A stretch of DNA of 64,000 bases. It comes from Schizochytrium sp. TIO01 (taxonomy: Eukaryota; Protista; Bigyra: Labyrinthulomycetes). The stretch is from contig SMSO01000007.1 of assembly GCA_004764695.1 (NCBI GenBank), positions 372,001-436,000 on the forward strand, read 5' to 3'. The notes under the pieces were generated by a model. It was given only the letters and a program-made list of their open reading frames with translations, made no database searches and was not told the origin of the DNA. Of this stretch, positions 13,266-25,956 are shown piece after piece. Both the position numbers and the translations under genes were made by a program. Within the stretch, counting starts at the first letter, position 1. Each line of letters begins with the position of its first letter.

Positions 13266-14171
13266 ATGCTTCAACAACAGCCCGAAGCACCGCAGGAAAG
13301 CACGACCTTCGACCGCTCGGAGACACCGACCACTTTCCCGGACTACAAGAATGCCGACGTAGAGGACCCTGTTGACAACAAGGTTACAGATGATCAAATT
13401 AGTCGTACTGACAGTGCTAGGGAGCACCGCCAGAACATGTTCCTTCTCGCAATGGTCTGCATTCTTTTTGGACTCTTTGCCATTGCTCAGATTATTGCTG
13501 CTGTCATCGGTAACAGTCTCTCGCTTCTCGGTGACTCCTCCAGTATGATTATCGATGCCGCTACCTACGGTCTTAACATGGTTGCTGAAGTGTGCAAACG
13601 GCGTGGTATCACCAAATCTACTCGCGTGAAGCTCGAGCTGTTTATTCCCCTCTTCAGTATGGTTGCATTGATTGCCACCAGTATTTACATTATTGAGGAT
13701 GCCGCCGTCACCGTGGCCTCAATCGAAGAAATCAGTGCCGACGAGCAGAACGTAACCAACGATAAGCTTATGCTTATCTTTAGCTGCATCAACCTTGGTA
13801 TTGATGTCTTCAGCGTCTTCTTCTTTGCTCGCGCCAAGGCGTGCTTCGGCTTCAACACTGTGGACATTCTCCTTGACCCCAACAACCTTGATTCTGGAGT
13901 GAAGAAGGAGGGTAACACTAACATGTGCTCTGCATACACGCATGTTATGGCTGATACCATGCGCAGTTCTGCTGTCGTCATTGCAGCTATTGTTTCCATC
14001 AAGGGCAAGGGCGTGAACCCCAACCTTGCGGATGCTTGGGCTGCTATTGCTGTGTCTATTATTATCTTCATTTCAATGATTCCGCTCGGCCGTGGCCTCG
14101 TGCGTAAGTGCTTTGAGCTCCACAAGATCAACGAAGAGAAGAAGGCTGCCGAGGCGATGGACCGTGCCTAA
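13266..14171 (+). CDS. Cation diffusion facilitator (CDF/ZnT-like) metal transporter, lacking the C-terminal cytoplasmic domain
   Basis: 301-aa ATG ORF with about 6 hydrophobic helices. CDF signature 'NSLSLLGDSSSMIIDA' (TM2) and 'NMCSAYTHVMADT' (TM5 HxxxD), then 'ADAWAAIAVSIII' (TM6). Confidence 0.92.
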   Translation: MLQQQPEAPQESTTFDRSETPTTFPDYKNADVEDPVDNKVTDDQISRTDSAREHRQNMFLLAMVCILFGLFAIAQIIAAVIGNSLSLLGDSSSMIIDAATYGLNMVAEVCKRRGITKSTRVKLELFIPLFSMVALIATSIYIIEDAAVTVASIEEISADEQNVTNDKLMLIFSCINLGIDVFSVFFFARAKACFGFNTVDILLDPNNLDSGVKKEGNTNMCSAYTHVMADTMRSSAVVIAAIVSIKGKGVNPNLADAWAAIAVSIIIFISMIPLGRGLVRKCFELHKINEEKKAAEAMDRA

Positions 14172-16090
14172 GAACCAAGTAAATTTAGTCAACCCTAAGC
14201 CAAGAGCGCGCCTGCAGCAGAATGGCGTGCCTATGATGTCCAAGATAATCACTGAGATGAAAATGAATTCTGCCAAACTTCAGTCCCCTTCTTTTCAAGT
14301 TGTACATGTGTGCGCCCCAAGCATTTTAGCGGGAGGTGTTCCCATCCCTTCCCGTTGGCGTATAACGCAAGGTTGTTTACTCAAGGTTTAATTATGGCAG
14401 CCACTTGTTTTTCTTTTCCGTGAATATGACCACACTCCCTCCAACTCACGGATAGTTTTCATAGGTTGAGTGAAACAGACAAAGCTGGTTCTATAATTTG
14501 GTTTATTCTGTCCAGGTCTGAGCTATCGGAATTTGGTTGTGATGAGGACTAAGCGGGGCTTCTTTCTTGAGGTTTTCAGTGTCAGTTTATTATAATTATT
14601 AATGAAGACACGGGGACACATTCTCGCTGGATTTTGGGACATTCAACAAAACGCATTAGTCATCTACAACTGAAGCAAAATATCTAGCCAGGTAAGCTTT
14701 TTTGCACTGATGAAAGATTATAGGAGCCGTCGTAGCATTTTGTGGAGCTCTACCATGCGGGGAATTCCGGTATAACCTTACTTGAAGAAAAACTCTAAGG
14801 GTGAAGGAGATCATTCTTGATGAAAGTTTGCACATGAGATGTATAGCATATATTGGTCGCAAGGAAATGTGCCTCGTTGCATAAACAGAAACAATCAATT
14901 GGGGAGATCTCATTCGAAACATCAGATCAATCATGAGCAACTTTCTCTCACTTATAATACAGCAAGCATCGCGGTTGCTCTCGAATGACTGGGCGGGCCC
15001 CTTGAAGCTGTTAACATACTTGATGATTGATCCAAATGAGTTTCGGCATCGTACCACCAATCGGTGCCACCAAACAAATCAAATCACATTAGACATAGGG
15101 CTGCACATTATCATTGCGCGTTCGGGAACTGCTTACTCCATGGCATAGCTTAAGTCCGGGGTGTTTTCTCCCAGCTAATCTGCATATCTCGAAACGTTGA
15201 TTCAGATCTCCTGCTGCTCCTCATCCCCACTCGGGTACCTTATTATCTCCTCGTAGCAGCAGGTAGCGCCCATTATCCACACGTAAGAGTCCAAGTCTTT
15301 GTTTTGGGTACCACTCCTCTACCAAGGTCTTAGGGTCACCATTAGTTCTACTGCTACCTCATGGATAAATGGATAAGAGGTGGCCTCTTTGGATATCAAT
15401 CTGAATTCTTTGACTGAGTGAGTGAGTCTGAAAACAAACCATGGTTTGTTTCCCTCGTTCGTTGTCAACGCAGAGTCTTGACTGGCGATGGCAACGCAGT
15501 TCAGGAAAGCCGCCTTTCTTGTGACGAACTCCAACTCAGCGTGTAGGTAGTAGCGCTTTGACAATAAGCGGCCTCAAAAGGTACGTTGTGCGTATGAACT
15601 GCCAAGTCACTCTGTTAATTCCTGGGACTGAGTATCAGCAGCAGCAGGAGAAGAAGAGGTCGATTGGATTTGTTGTTGCTGTCATCCCATTCCAAACATT
15701 CTGCAGGATCTACAACGTCTCTGCAAATCAATCTTGGTCTCTTGCGCTAGCGAGTGAAGGTTTGGCTTTCTTTGCTTGCCCAACAAATGAGCAGAAGTCA
15801 TACATTCCTCGAGATGATCGACACAGAGAGAGAGAGATCATGGCCGATCGTGAGATCATCGTTCATGGGGTCCAATTGCGCTGTATCCCTCTTCTTCTTC
15901 GTCGTCGTCGTCTTCGTCGTCTTCGCCGCCGCCATGACTAGTTCTTGAAACCGTGGCTAGCGAGACGGGCTGAGTCGTCGCCCCGCGTGCTGAGTGATAG
16001 GATGGACTTTGCAGCGATTGAGTGATGGATTGCAAATAGTCAATGCTCGAGTGGAGCCGTGCGTGTGCAATCTCGCTCTTCGAAAAGATT

Positions 16091-16130
16091 GATCGATCGA
16101 TCGATCGATCGATCGATTGATTGATTGATT
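16091..16130. repeat. Compound (GATC)6-(GATT)n microsatellite
   Basis: Read directly: gatc x6 followed by gatt repeats. Confidence 0.95.
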
Positions 16131-17117
16131 GAATGCCCATTTGCGCAATCCCAGGCCAAGTCTTCCCAGAAGCTTGGCTTCGATGGCGCACATAGACTCG
16201 AAGCGTCTTCTAAACAGCGCCACTGCGCTCGCAATGATGCCGTCGTGGAACTCGATCTAAAGCAAATTCGCGAACCGGTTCGCGCAATGGAAAGCGGCGC
16301 TCTCGATTGAGCTTGGCGGTGCCGTGTTCCTTTCGTGCATGTCTTCTTCGCACGTCCTTCAGCCTCGGCTGAAGCAGCAGCAATTACAATTTCGATGGCG
16401 ATGGCGCTTGGCAAATTAATTGGCGCCGTCGAGACGACCGTCAGCTGCAGCAACCAAGAGTGAGTGAGTGAGTGAGTGAGTGAATCATCGAACGAACCAT
16501 CGAACGAACTCGTTCTCTCAGCAGCTGCCAATGCTTGCTTCCTCGACCTCCAAACTAATCGATGAGTTCATTCCACGTTGAGCACGGTCGCGATCTTTGC
16601 TTGCTCCAGACTTCACGGCTCTCCAACCGATATTGGTTTCGTACGCGCAAATGAATGTATGCGTGTCTGTAATTAATCATCCATGCATGCATGCATGGAT
16701 GTACGTATGTATGTGTCTATATGTATCTGTGTATGCATCGACGTCTTCTTCGCCAATTCGCACATCACATCACATCCTTTAGACGTGTCATTGCGCATTT
16801 CGAGCGTTGGTAATCGATCGCTTCAATTCACATCACATCACTCATTGAGAGACCTAAATCTCAGAAGAACTACCAAACCACCTCAGAGATCATGAATGGG
16901 GCTTTCTTTCGTAAGGCCGCCTGCCCTCAGGTTCTTTTTCTTTCTCTTCGCCTCGAGTCGGCTCTGTCTTCCTGCCTGTCTGTCGAGGCCCGCGACGCTG
17001 CTGCCGCCGCCGTCGATGGCAACAACGGCCTCGATCGCGTTTTGTCCATCTCCGCCGTCGATGATCCCAGAAATCTGTATCGATCGATCATCGCTCAATC
17101 CTCTTTTCTCAAGTTCT

Positions 17118-17148
<31 letters not shown>

Positions 17149-18076
17149 TTAAAAATTAAAAAAGAAAAAGAGTATTTTTTACATCCATTCAATCAGCCGT
17201 CGGGTGCCTATGGTTTACAGTAGGTGGGGCTAGCAGAGGCGCAATCTAAAGCGCACTAAAGAGGGCGAAGAGGAAACTGAAAAGAGAATTGGAAGGAATA
17301 AAGTGCGACGTCGTTATGGAATGTGCCTTTTTTTTTCTCTTTTTTTCCCCTCCTTTCTCTCAGATTTGGGTCGATTGATTGATTGATTGATTGATTGTTG
17401 ACTCATTTAATATCACCTGTTTTCAGAAATGAATGATGTCTGCGCGGATTGGGACTTACTTCTCAAGCGTAGCTCCATCCGTCGGTGTCCTCTCCTTTCC
17501 TTTGCGGCGTCTCGAGTCCTCCTTCGAGGAGAGGGCTCTCTCTCTCTCTCTCTCTTTCTGTCGCACGGATCGAGAGGAAAGAAGCTAGTTAGTTAGTTGG
17601 CGCCAATGATGTTCTTTCTCCGCAGAGAAAAGGGGAGTTTATAAGAAGAAAGGAACAATATATGTGCACAGTTTAATAAACTTATTAAACAGTACTCTGC
17701 GAAGAACCAAAAACAAAGAAAGAAAGAGAGAACATCGTTTCTTCGTCGAACACGAACGAAGCAAGTCAGTCGCCAATCGAAAACAGGCCGCGGCCGCGTC
17801 CCTGCCCTCGCATCGCATCGCATCGCAGCGAGTGCTGGCCTTATGCGATGGTGTTCAACCAGTCAACCAAAGAAACACAAAGCAGTCATCGAATGAACAA
17901 ATAGACGTACTTAGGGTGGGCTGCTGCTGCTGCTGGGGCGCCACGTTGGTTGGTGCCTCTTAATCTGTCGCGCCTCCTCTCAGTTCGATTGTTTGTTTAT
18001 TGATTCACTGATTTATTGGTTTTACTTTTTTGTTCATTCGGACGATCGATTTGTTTCTTTGATTTGTTTCTTAAAT

Positions 18077-18149
18077 TGATTGATTGAATGAATGAATGAA
18101 TGAATGAATGAATGAATGAATGAATGAATAAATAAATAAATAAATAAAT
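18077..18149. repeat. Compound (TGAT)/(TGAA)n/(TAAA)n microsatellite
   Basis: Read directly from the sequence. Confidence 0.95.
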
Positions 18150-20301
18150 GCACGAAGAGGAGCGGCATCGACTTTACTTCAAGCAAGCACTTGCTGCAAA
18201 GCTCACACGCCCAAAGCAGGCGGCCGCTCGCCGGGAGGAGGGGCCGCAGGGCCAGCAGAGGGGAGCGGTGTGTGCCTCTCGATCGACCCATCAATTGATC
18301 TGTCCTCGATCTATCCATCTATCTATCTATTTGCAAACCAACCTGACCGACTGACTGACTGATCGAAGAAGGTACTCAGATGCGGTGCACACCCGGTCCG
18401 GTACGCGCGTGCCACCCCGAGATTGCTCATGCAAATGAACGCGGGTAGGCGTGGCTATGATATACTGTAGGGGTCACCCTGGGCCATTTTAGGCCAGTAG
18501 GAGGTAGGCGGCGCTATGAGGTGGTTAGTAGGAACTGTAAAGCAGTGCCTTCGTTCGTTCATAGTGCAAATGTATGTATGTATGTCACTCAGGTTTTGCA
18601 GAAGGTGAATGATTGCACAGCGAGCTTGAGATGAAACAAAGCTGCTGCAGACGCAACGATGCTCCGGGAGCGCAGAATCTGCAGCAGCAGCAGCAGCAGA
18701 CGTGTGCGTGTGTGCAGAGATCAACGGGTGATCGAGAAGCACATGAGGCGAGCCCGGAATGGGTCCTGGAGGCGGGTTCTTGCAGTGCGTCGATCGAAGG
18801 ATTGATTGATTGCCTTGTTCTTGTCCTCGTGTGACAGGGATCTGGAGTTTAATCTTGACCACCAAACGACTTGGAGTCAGAAACCTTGCACATAAATATG
18901 GGCTCGGATATTCGTTCATTTACTTTGCTTGCCTGAGCACATTCCTCGCTCGCAGCATCGCAAGGCTCGAAAGCTGGCAATCTAGGCCTCTTCGAGGTAT
19001 CATCTGCTCCGGTTGGGGCCTTTTTTCGATCGTAATCAGCGATCGCTTCGCGAGAGATGGCGATGATGGCTTACACGCACGTACATATATTAATATATAT
19101 GTTATCCCCAAATCGAACTCGGGCCACGAGTTCCAAACAGTTCCAAACAGCTCCAAAAGCTCAAGAAAGAGCACAAATATCTTATCTACCTGCTGCGTCT
19201 CCGAATCTTTCCCCATCCGCTTGCCAATTTCCCAGCTCCTCAACTTCTTCTGAGCTGAGCTCAGCTCAGCTGACCCTCAACGATACTCATCGATTGCTTC
19301 AACCGCCTCAATCCATTCATTCATACATACATCACATATATCACATATGTGCGGAAAGAACAGAACCGCGGAGACCCTCCTGAGCTGCGTCCCTGGGCAC
19401 CTCCCAGAGGCGACAGAGCGTTATAGTCCCTCCGCTCACGAGTGCGCCGGAGAGTCCTATTTGCAGCGGTAGTGGGTCCTATGACTGGTACAGTGGCGGG
19501 GTCCCTGGGATTGGGACCTTGAGAATAATACGGGACGCGGGCTGTTCTGGGGAAGAAGTATGAATGAAAGAATGAGTGAAAAGAGGACATATCGATCGTG
19601 TTGGGCCGCAAAGGAAGCAAAAGGAAGGCTGGAGTGGAGGAGTACACGTAGTGCGATTGAAGGGCGAACGCGAAAGAGTCCCTGGGGCTTTCTTTCTTTC
19701 TGTCTGTGTTGGTGTCCTGTTGAGGATCGCGGCAGAACGAGGCCCTCGAAGCCTTGGGCCAGAATGAATGGGAAAAGGGGAAAAAGGCCCTCGTTCACCT
19801 TTCTTTTTCTTTTTCTTTTCTGTTTCTTTTCTGTTTTGGTCACTTGTTTACTGCTTTACTTACTTTCTTTTACTTCCTTGCTCACTCCTTTTGGCCGGTA
19901 AGGGGCGAATAGCGTAAACAGTAGGGAGCGTGGAAGGGACGAAAGAAGTCGCTTTTTTTCCTCTCCTGTGGAAATGGGTGCTCTCTCTATGTATAGTATA
20001 GGATTGATTGTATGGGCGATTATAAGAGAGGAAGAGAAAAGAAACAAATAAAGGAAGAAAGAAAGACAACAAAAACCGATTGGAGTTGGGAACGTAATAA
20101 TTAATACATGAAAGGGATTGATTGATTCATTGATTCATTGATTAATTGAGTGATTCATTGAGTGATCAAGAGGGATCGAATTAGTTGTGAGAAAGAAGCA
20201 CCTCTAATAGAAAAGAGGAGAAGCAGCAAAGCGCAGCGATTTGGAGGCGACCTGGTCGCAAGCAGAATCGAAAGGCCGCCGAGGACGCAGGCTAGAGCAC
20301 G

Positions 20302-21336
20302 ATGCTTGGGGAAAGACCTGAGCAGGACGACGGCAATGAACAAAGGTTGGAATTGTGCGAGGAAAGATGCCGCGTGAACGAGGCCAGTCTACAGCAGCAG
20401 CAACAACAAACTCAGAGCGAGGTGAGGGAGCAAAGTAGCGCTGGCATGTACGACGTGGCAAGGGCGAACAGCTGCAGATCGATTGAAGGCGATCTGTTAG
20501 AACTGGAGGATGTCAACCTTGAGGAAAATGGGAGGGCCAAAAGCCCATGCGACAAACATGATCTGGAGAACCAGCCGCATCAACCTGAACAACACGACCA
20601 TAATGAGGATGCTAATGCTGTCGAGAGCAAGGCCAATGTCAGCGAGGTACCAGCCCATCAGCGCAACGTGTATGTGCTGCTGATGGAGTTTGTGCTGTTT
20701 GGAGGATTTGCTATTGCAGAGATCATCTTCGCACTTGCCGGAAACAGCTTGTCGCTGCTGGGAGATGCCTGCTGTATGCTTGTGGATACTCTTACCTACG
20801 GAATGAACATTATTGCAGAACGCATGAAAGGCAAGGGCGTGAGCAGGAAAACTCGCTTGCAGCTCGAGTTCTTCATTCCTGTTGTTAGCGTTCTCGGCTT
20901 GCTTGCAACCAGTACATACATTTTGGTGGAAGCAATTAAAGTTGTACAGGATGGAGATGTCGTAGAGGACGATACTAATGATGTCACCATGTTGATCTTT
21001 GCTTGTGTCAACATGCTTATTGACTTTGTCAGTGTTTTCATATTTGTACGTATTAAAGGATTCCTCGGTTTCGAGACCGTTGAGAAGGAAACTGAAGACA
21101 ATGAAATTACCGACGCAAACACAAACATGTGCTCTGCTTACACTCATGTGCTAGCGGATACCTTGCGTAGTATCGCTGTTATTGTTACTGCCTCAGTGTC
21201 GATGTCCATTGAAAGTGTCAATGGAACAATTTCAGACGCGTGGGCTGCCATTGGAGTTTCTATCATCATCTTTTTCTCAATCATACCTCTCTGCCGTGGA
21301 CTCAAGCAGAAATTCTTCCAACTACGTGCTCTTTAA
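20302..21336 (+). CDS. Cation diffusion facilitator (CDF/ZnT-like) metal transporter, paralog of 13266..14171
   Basis: 344-aa ORF with 'NSLSLLGDACCMLVDT', 'NTNMCSAYTHVLADTLRS' and 'SDAWAAIGVSIIIF'. Collinear with the upstream CDF. Long hydrophilic N-terminus; the start could be a downstream Met. Confidence 0.92.
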   Translation: MLGERPEQDDGNEQRLELCEERCRVNEASLQQQQQQTQSEVREQSSAGMYDVARANSCRSIEGDLLELEDVNLEENGRAKSPCDKHDLENQPHQPEQHDHNEDANAVESKANVSEVPAHQRNVYVLLMEFVLFGGFAIAEIIFALAGNSLSLLGDACCMLVDTLTYGMNIIAERMKGKGVSRKTRLQLEFFIPVVSVLGLLATSTYILVEAIKVVQDGDVVEDDTNDVTMLIFACVNMLIDFVSVFIFVRIKGFLGFETVEKETEDNEITDANTNMCSAYTHVLADTLRSIAVIVTASVSMSIESVNGTISDAWAAIGVSIIIFFSIIPLCRGLKQKFFQLRAL

Positions 21337-22465
21337 TTTTCCAAATTTGACATCCTCCTCCTCATCATCATCATCATCATTTTGCAAGGAGTGCATCTTG
21401 GCCTTGACAAAGCAGAACACACAATCAAGCCTGCTTCCCATTGTGGCTAGCCAGCAGGACAGACTTTGCTTCTTTTTCCATAGAGCGAGCCTTCATTTGG
21501 CCTTTTATATAGCCATTCATCTCCTATCCAGTTGGAAACCGCCTGGGCTTGATGAGATTAAGGTGACCCATCCGCCAAAGGAGCATGTAATTTGACGTTT
21601 TCAGAGTAACTCAACTGAGTCATTCTTATGTAATCAAACTAGCTCGCACGTGAAGTCAGGGTCGCGACTTGGAACTAGGACTCAATTCCACTGTCTCACT
21701 TTTTTAAAGCCTACTTAGATAAAATGATTGCCGGTTCTCTGGAGGTGTTGTTCAGAGAATATCTTTCTCTCGATTATTTGTCGCTAAGTGCTCAACCGAC
21801 AAACAAATCAATTACATGTTTTTCTTCATCCTCCCAGTGCACTCTCTGTTCTTCGCATCAGTAATCAATCAATCCTGTGTGCAGCAAATAGTGTAATTTT
21901 CTACAGCACATTGATTTAGCAACGTTGCCACAAACATAAAACAGAGATCCCTAATATGTCATTCATCTCTCTTTCTTTCAATCTTGAAAGATTTAATGCT
22001 ACTACTAGTAAACATAATATTTTCCCTCTTTCGCACTTTATATAGTCCACATATTTGTTTCATATCAACATATGGTTTCAGCTGTCTGATGACATTCCAT
22101 TGACATTAATGCAAGCACGACACCATGGGCAATTATATTGTAGTTAAGAGTAAGTAAATACTCAAACACTAAAAAAAAAAAAAAGCTACTTTACGTTCCA
22201 ACAAGAACGAAAGAAAGACAGGCATACATACCTCAAATTGAAGATGCAAGGTTTCTATCGAATGATCTTCACGACACAGATGTTTTCATCTCACAGGTTA
22301 AAAGTTCAAGTGAAGACTCACATGAGCATTATAGTAAAGACGCAAAAGAAAGGAAAAAATCACTGAATAATATTTTACACAATATCGATGATGTAATACA
22401 AATTGTCGAAAGGAAAGATGTAATCCTCATATATGCACGGACTACTGCACTCACAAATGAATGCA

Positions 22466-23434
22466 TCAGACGGAGGGGCGCCGAGAAGTAGAAACAATAA
22501 CTTGGCTCCGCCTCATGTCGTTCTCTTCGTCAAAATATTCGCCAAAGTGTGACAAAGAAGAGGAGCGACGGCTCAATGACGAGCTGCTCCCCAATGAAGG
22601 TAAATTTACATGAGAAGGAAATGGAGGTAGAGGTGGCGGACTTGCACTACTGCTTGTGCTGCAGCTGCTGCCACGTCTTGCAGGTGCCGAGCGCAAACTG
22701 CTCTGTTTTGCTGGGAGTGGAGGAGGACAAGGGAGTGGCGGGGCCTCAATATTTGGGCCCTGAAGCTGCTTAGCTCTCTCCCATGAAAGAAACTCTTGAT
22801 AATATGCATCCGCCTCCCTTGACCCAACGAGAGCACTTCGTGATCGACGATGGCCCTGTCTGCGTTTTCTTGAACCAAGATTGGCGAGTAGAGCACCATG
22901 ATTCGAAGCGAGAACGACCGACGCGGCAGCAGGGGTTCGATTATTACCGAGCGCCGCGCCTTTGTTCGCATTCTGATGTGCAGGGACTTCTTCGCGAGAT
23001 TTAGTAAACCATCGTTTGAGGCGGCTTCGTCTGCCTGAGCTGAGAGCCTTGCTTAAATCGCCAGAACCAAACTCGCAGACCTCACCTTCCTCCACAAGTT
23101 CGAGGTCATCGCACTCTTGCTCCGGTGTTAAGCATTGCGATGTAGATGCAGATTTTGTTGCTTTCGAGAGGAGCGCAGGTGAAGAAGCAGGCGAGGTCAT
23201 TCCACCTGATCGCGATGAAGATGGCATGAAGGAAGCGGAGAATCGCCCATGATTGTGCTGCGTGTTGTCCTTCTTTGAAAGCGTCGGCGTTGATGCCTCG
23301 GACCTGTGCTTGCGGCCATGCTTGCTTCTCATTGAGAGCGTCGGCAATCTATGCTGTGTCGCAAAATCCTCGCGGTCTTCCGATTCCGCATGATTATTGT
23401 TGTGGTGGCTCGTCGTAGAGAAGAGACCCATCAT
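22466..23434 (-). CDS. Hypothetical intrinsically disordered Ser/Pro/Arg-rich protein, possibly N-myristoylated
   Basis: 322-aa ATG ORF with coding-like composition. The second Met gives MGLFST. Proline-rich segments 'PPLPCPPPLPAK' and 'PPPLPPFP'. No domain recognised. Confidence 0.7.
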   Translation of the reverse strand: MMGLFSTTSHHNNNHAESEDREDFATQHRLPTLSMRSKHGRKHRSEASTPTLSKKDNTQHNHGRFSASFMPSSSRSGGMTSPASSPALLSKATKSASTSQCLTPEQECDDLELVEEGEVCEFGSGDLSKALSSGRRSRLKRWFTKSREEVPAHQNANKGAALGNNRTPAAASVVLASNHGALLANLGSRKRRQGHRRSRSALVGSREADAYYQEFLSWERAKQLQGPNIEAPPLPCPPPLPAKQSSLRSAPARRGSSCSTSSSASPPPLPPFPSHVNLPSLGSSSSLSRRSSSLSHFGEYFDEENDMRRSQVIVSTSRRPSV

Positions 23435-25923
23435 TCTCTGCGTGAGCAGCCTGTTATTTCCACTTTGCCCTCAATCGATCGCCTTCAAGCAGCAGTGACA
23501 GCAGCAGTGACAGCAAGAAACCGTCAAGCTGCACGGTCCAGAGAGAAGTCCTTTTCTATCTCCAAGCACCTCACGTGACGCAAGAACCGTGACTCCGTCA
23601 GTCTGAGCACCCAAAGTGTCAGGCAGGTATTTCTCATCAACAGTGCCTCAATCGCAGCCCGTTCTGGTCCAGAGCGCCCCAAGCTAATCCTCAATCCTGT
23701 CAACGCCCAAGTTGGTCTCCTTCCAGACCTAGCCCTGCTCTTGCAACCGCCCAAGTCAAAGCAGCAGCTCAACCAATTCCGGTTTGCTTCGCTTTCCTTT
23801 GCTCTGCTTGACGCAAAACCCTTTTCCTCTTCCTTTCTTAGCACTGCGGTACCCTTACCGTTTACCCTATCCGAGACCCTACCCCTCCCAAGAAAGAAAC
23901 ACTCGCGTTTCAATTGCCCCAAATGTAATGCGGAGAGAACGCGAAGGCGTCGGAACTGGGCGGAGGTACTCCTAGCGTAACCCTTATGTGGACGCTAGCC
24001 CGGTACCCACTTCTTTGTTTTTGTTACCGAGAGATAACAATGGGAAACTGAGGCTTTTTGGCCTTTGGAGTTTGGCTTTGGCTTTGGCTTTGGCCGACTC
24101 AGCTCTCACTGGAGCGGCGCGGCTCGGGCGGCGAGAGGAGCGGCAGGGTGGGCGCGGCGAGGGGGTCAGGAGGAGGAGGCCGCGAGGGAGGCCGAGGAGC
24201 GAGAGCGGCGGGGCTTGCGAAAGGAACCGGGAAGGGAGCGAGGTTTGGTTTCCGGTCTGCGTGGTCTTCGGAGCGTCTCTATTTTCAGGTTCTGTTAGAA
24301 AGAGGAACTTTAATTTGTTTTCTTTTTCTTTTTCTTTTTCTTTTTCTGTTTCATTGATTGTTTGTTCATGTTGAGTTGATCAAAATGGAAATGAAAGTAA
24401 ATAAGCAAATAAGTGAACACAATCAATGAAACAAAGAAAGCCAATCAATGCCGCTTTCTTTGAGGATGCTTTGCTCTACTTTCGGTGGGGCAATGTATTG
24501 TCTCTCTGTGTGGTCACCATTTCGGTGTCTTATCATTCGCGCCGTCGATAGAAGAAAAGTTGTCTGTCCAAATATATGAGAAAACTGTGCATGAAAAGTG
24601 ATGATGGCAAATTGAAAGAATGAATGCACCCATAAATAAATGAATGAATGAATGAATGAATGAATGCACAAAGCGTTGTTCTTGCAAGCCAGAGCCTTCT
24701 TGGTTGGTATCCGCTGCAATCAAAACTCGTGGAAATCGCCAGCGATCGACGTGCATGTGTATAAAGAGTTCGTTCGTGCTGCAAGAGGATCTATCCCAAG
24801 TTCAGGGTTCTTCCTGAAACTGCCTTTACATGCAAACTAACTTTGGTTTGGCCATTACCCACCTTTCATGACACTATTATGATATGCTGTGAATGTCGTG
24901 AAGAACCAATCGCATTGTTGCGGAGTGACTGCAAACATAAATAAATAATCATACATACATACATACATACACAATCAATCAATTGGTTTCTTAGTTCTGA
25001 TTGCTATTCTGTTTTAACTTTATAACCAAATATCAAAAAAGTAGAGTGAGCTGTGAAGAGGCTCCGAGTTGGCGGACCTCCTAATGGGTACTAGGGAATA
25101 GCATAGGAGGGCACCGGGGTGAGCCGGCGCTGCTCTTTCTTGCTCGCTCCAGAGAACTCGAGTTGGCAATCCAGGCTGTGGCAATTGATGGGTATGGCCT
25201 GGAGAGCGCAGAGCCGCTGCAGAACAGCTCAGCAGGGGCCCAAGAGGGAACTCCAGCCTTTGGAGGGCCCGGCTCCGAGCTCTGGCCACGGCCTTGGCGG
25301 ATTCGCGACACAGGGTTTCCCGCCTAGACAGTAGTGCGATCAATGCATTGATTGATTGAGTGCACTGTTAAAAAGACCTGAAAATTGGAACTCCTTCTTC
25401 CTCTTTACAGGTTTCCCAAAGCAATTCTGGAGCTCCCTTACGGAACGGGTTTTGCATTTTACTTATGCTACCAAACTGGCTACTTGAAAATGTGGCAGAG
25501 GGCTTTGTGCGTCGCCGTTCTTTTCTTGCCGTTCCATTCCGCCTCGCCGGGTTTTTTAATTGTCCTTCTTTTTCCTTTTTTCGAAGTTAAACTAAAGTTA
25601 AAGAAAACCACAACGACAACAAAGAAAACTAAAATGTGCTGAGAATCGTGAAACCAAAGAGGTTTGTTTGGGTTTCATCCTTCTCAGAATTATTCTGCAA
25701 TTGCTTGGTGGGTTTGTTTGTTTGCTTGCTTCCGCGAGGCAGAAACGTGGCGCTGGGCGCGAAGATGACGGCAGCGTGTGCTGGAGCTGGGCTCCGGAGC
25801 TTGTCGAGGAGGCCGGCCTGACTTCGAAGGGGTTTCGTTTCGAGGGCTCTGATGCCGTGAATGCCCAAATCACTCATGATTTTTAACAGTTCTTCATAAA
25901 CATTTTCTTAATTGATAAAATAA

Positions 25924-25956
<33 letters not shown>

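Noticed and set aside
20497-21147. 216-aa minus ORF, and similar ORFs at 13685-14131, 36827-37348, 41888-42364 and 55658-56129
   Set aside because: Antisense shadows of well-supported genes.
23988-24374. GC-rich Arg/Gly-rich ORFs
   Set aside because: Low-complexity GC-rich patch upstream of the 23434 gene; more likely promoter or leader sequence than coding.
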